64,000 nt of DNA from Phoronis australis (lineage: Eukaryota > Animalia > Phoronida): positions 186,001-250,000 of the forward strand of contig NMRA01000475.1 of the NCBI GenBank assembly GCA_002633005.1. Reading direction: 5' to 3'. Position 1 is the first letter of the stretch. The number at the start of each line of letters is the position of its first letter. The position numbers were made by a program, and so were the translations under genes. Under the pieces are notes generated by a model. The model searched no databases and was not told the origin of the DNA. It saw nothing but the letters and a program-made list of their open reading frames with translations. Shown piece after piece: positions 60,974-64,000 of this stretch.

Positions 60974-62807
60974 TTAAGAAATCAGATGTCATGAAAATAC
61001 CTCCGGTCGGTTACAACTACCCTCTCACCTGACAGTCAAACTGAATTGGCATTAATAATGCAGACATTTCCCTTCCAGTTTAACGTTTCATTAGGAATTA
61101 ACTTTTCACTCATTATAGATAGATATAGATTTCTTTATATTTATTTAACCCAGATACAATACCTCTTGGTGCTTTCTAGGTATGTATATTTATTGTACTG
61201 AATATTTCATAATAAACATTTAAAAAACCTGGGGGACGAGTGTGCGTTTGTAGCATATGCTATGTAGGTGTCGGTTTGTTTTTTTCCGTCATCATCTTAG
61301 AAGTCAGATGCCATGAGAATACCCCGGGTCGGTTACAAGTGTTACACCCTACAGCAGAATGGTGAATGCTGAGCTTTATAAGATAGCTGTTTTAATCAAT
61401 CTCTTAAAGAGGGCTCACACTGGTTCGTCAGACTGGAACTTGTTTATTAGTAAAATTCAACATGGAAAGCAACTTCTAATTAATAATGGTTACACCAATT
61501 AATTTGTGCATAAGCGCATGACTCGCTTTGTCTCAAAAGTTGAACACCATTGTTATGTACAAACATTTACTGGTAATGTTAATAACTATACTACAAAAAC
61601 TATATGTACAAGTTGAGCAAACTCTAAACAAAATCATCTTTAATAATGTAAGAGTTGTTAATCGTCAAGCCAAGCTAGTTGTGATTACTTATTACAAGAA
61701 TATGAAGACTTCCAATTTAGTGAACATTAGTCGTGAGAAGGTGCGCACAGTTGCCAGACGTAATGCTGTGTAGGAGTTCACTTCCCCACGAAGACACAAG
61801 TTACACGGCTACTGTCGATATCTGTGGACAGAGTAGAAAAAACAATGATTTAAAATTTGATTTTGAATTTTTACCCTTGTTAAACATAATAATTTTATCC
61901 CCTTTCTTTCCTCGTATTCGCTTCGTGATCAAAATTCGGTACTGCCTGGTTATCCGACAATGCACAGCGATTGAATATATTCGGGGACCAGGCAACGACC
62001 TTCGCACTAGTTTTCTAAAATGGCGAAACTCCAGTTAACATTGATTAAATGGATGGAGAAACGCCATTGCGTGCACGTTAAAAAAAGTCGTACATCAAAT
62101 GCCAATTATATTGTACGGAATAATCAATAATTGAGTTAAGCAAAGATGAGTTCAGTAACGCTTGGACCTCGATAAAAAGCAAGACTATCGCAGACATGGT
62201 GCAATCGCCAAATCGATTCGATTCCAGGTATGACATTGGAGCGTGCGCTTCTAAAGGTTTTAAGAAATTACATCAAGTAAAGTGCTGGTCCTTCCTGAGC
62301 GCTACTCTTGCAGGATTTTGTCTAAAGTTTTGTAACATTGTTCGCAGCCAAGGTTTAGTAAAGCAGTACAGTAGGCTACTTAACTACAGTCATAAATAAG
62401 GAAAGGGAGATTCTTCTTCTGTCTAATAGTTCTGAATTTGGTTGGAGGATAACAACTGAAGCCGATTGGCCCAAATTATTAGGAAAAATGTAACGTTTTA
62501 TCGCATCATTTTTTATTCCGCCTTCGGGCTCCCGTAAGTGACACGAGCCACTGGGCCGGGTCTCTCTTGACACTTCCCTCTCGACACCATTGCGCTAACT
62601 AATCAGAAATAGAATCCTATCGCGGTAAGGAATATTATTAGACCCGTTTATGAGAGTAGAAAGCCAAATTCGGTTAGATATTTTTGTCAACGTTGGCGCC
62701 CGCAACATGTCATTGGATTCGACGATGGACATTATAATTAATCCAGTGGATAATTATATGATTGTAAAAATATAATTCATCAACTTCTGAAACTTGCTAT
62801 AAAATAA

Positions 62808-62850
62808 GTTTCCCGGAAGAGGGCGGCGAAATTTTCGCGGGAACCAATCA
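62808..62850 (+). promoter_or_regulatory. Promoter-like motif cluster (ETS CCGGAAG, GC box, E2F-like TTTTCGCGG, CCAAT)
   Basis: Four motifs within about 45 bp, followed by a donor-like CAGTAAGT near 62910, upstream of the LicD-like sequence. Confidence 0.35.
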
Positions 62851-63303
62851 GTCATCAGTCCCCAGTAGAATGATCCAGGTGGCAACGCGAAGTCGGGCAA
62901 TTTATTTTACAGTAAGTTCCAGAAATCGTCATTTATATTTTTATTGCATCTATGTCTTTGGATTCTGTCACGGTAGAGGTGAAACCAGATCGTGTAATGC
63001 GTAGCCTGACCTTTGGCCAAAATGAAGACCTCTGTAACTCTGTAGGTCAACAGTTAGCACGTCATATTTACAAGGTCATGTTTTTTTTAAATACAGCATC
63101 AAAACATTGATTGCTTGTATTTCGTAAGTTCACTAATTCACCTATTTTATGGTTTTGAGATTTGAACATACAAAGCGTTTTAGAAATTCTATGGTTCATT
63201 TGTTCCTTGTTGTCAAATACCTGCATGGGTTTGATTTTTGTAGGATCTAGCTACAGTCGCGGCACTGTGTACGATAAAGAATGACGTACTATTCTACAGC
63301 AGA

Positions 63304-64000
63304 ATGTCGCAAGCATCATTAGATTGTTTCAATTACAAGAAGTTATATGGTGAGGGCGTACTGATCTTTCATCACTGGGTCGATGTGAGATCTGATAAAT
63401 ATCGAAAATGTTCTCGAGGAAAGCCGTGTCGTGAAACCCGCGCGTCTTCAAATATTTTAAGTCGTTGTTGAATTTCTAGAAAAAACTAGCAGTACCCTAC
63501 TTCATATTCGACGGAACCGCATCAGCAGTGCATGGAGATAACGACACAGATATCAGCATCATGGAATACAACATCAAGAAAGTTGTACAAAACTTGCATT
63601 TAATTCCTATTTATTACAGTTGCAAATACAAGGAATGCGATCTCACCGGAACTCAGTGGTTGACAGATGACGGCACGGAAATCCTGTTCAGTGGAAATGG
63701 CGCGAAAAAGTTCTACTTCATGGATAAGAGAGATTATAGTAAACTGAAAAAGGTAGAGTGGGTTCATTTCTTTGCTACTACAGACATATTCACATGGAAA
63801 GAAATTCCTAATGATCTCGGATCTGTCACAGAACTACATGTACATAATCCCCGAATGGCACATTGTAAAATTGAATACCCAAAAAGACGTAATTTTCCGT
63901 TAAAGAGGTACGGATTCGAAGGTGTTCAGATTTGGGACCCCAACGACATCAGAAAATACCTGGAAATGAACTATGGATACATAGGACGAGATGCTGTGAG
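63304..64000 (+). pseudogene. LicD / fukutin-related nucleotidyltransferase-fold sequence, disrupted, running off the window end
   Basis: Open frame from about 63483: VPYFIFDGTASAVHGDNDTDISIM...TDIF...FPLKRYGFEGVQIWDPNDIRKYLEMNYG. Upstream frameshifts and a stop; the GTLLGAVRH..IPWDDD motif is shortened. Confidence 0.72.

Overview
AT-rich eukaryotic (invertebrate animal-like) genomic DNA with GT-AG introns, one assembly gap (32033-32445) and many decayed transposons. It is not prokaryotic, and almost all supplied ORFs are spurious or are exon fragments. Reading the minus strand by hand gives four gene-level results. (1) A complete 8-exon selenoprotein N gene (SELENON, 15655->3080, about 605 aa) with an in-frame UGA selenocysteine codon in the SCUG motif (5156-5158), a coding-region SRE hairpin 6 nt after the UGA, and a 3'UTR SECIS (about 2191-2256). 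(2) A 5-exon, strongly divergent ninjurin-family gene (26091->22472, about 213 aa). (3) A probable secreted or membrane-anchored SUEL (rhamnose/galactose-binding) lectin gene whose leader exon has a paralogous copy 22 kb away. (4) On the plus strand, a disrupted LicD/fukutin-family sequence runs off the window end. Mobile elements include a piggyBac derivative, Kolobok derivatives (THAP plus KolX remnants), Tc1, an IS3EU-like foldback element, Academ and Penelope fragments, a solo LTR, several LINE clades and MITEs with 5-bp TSDs. No databases were searched; family calls rest on recalled motifs. I see no evidence of a wholly new system. The best leads are the SelN recoding signals (including an apparent non-synonymous compensatory change in the SRE) and the divergent ninjurin.
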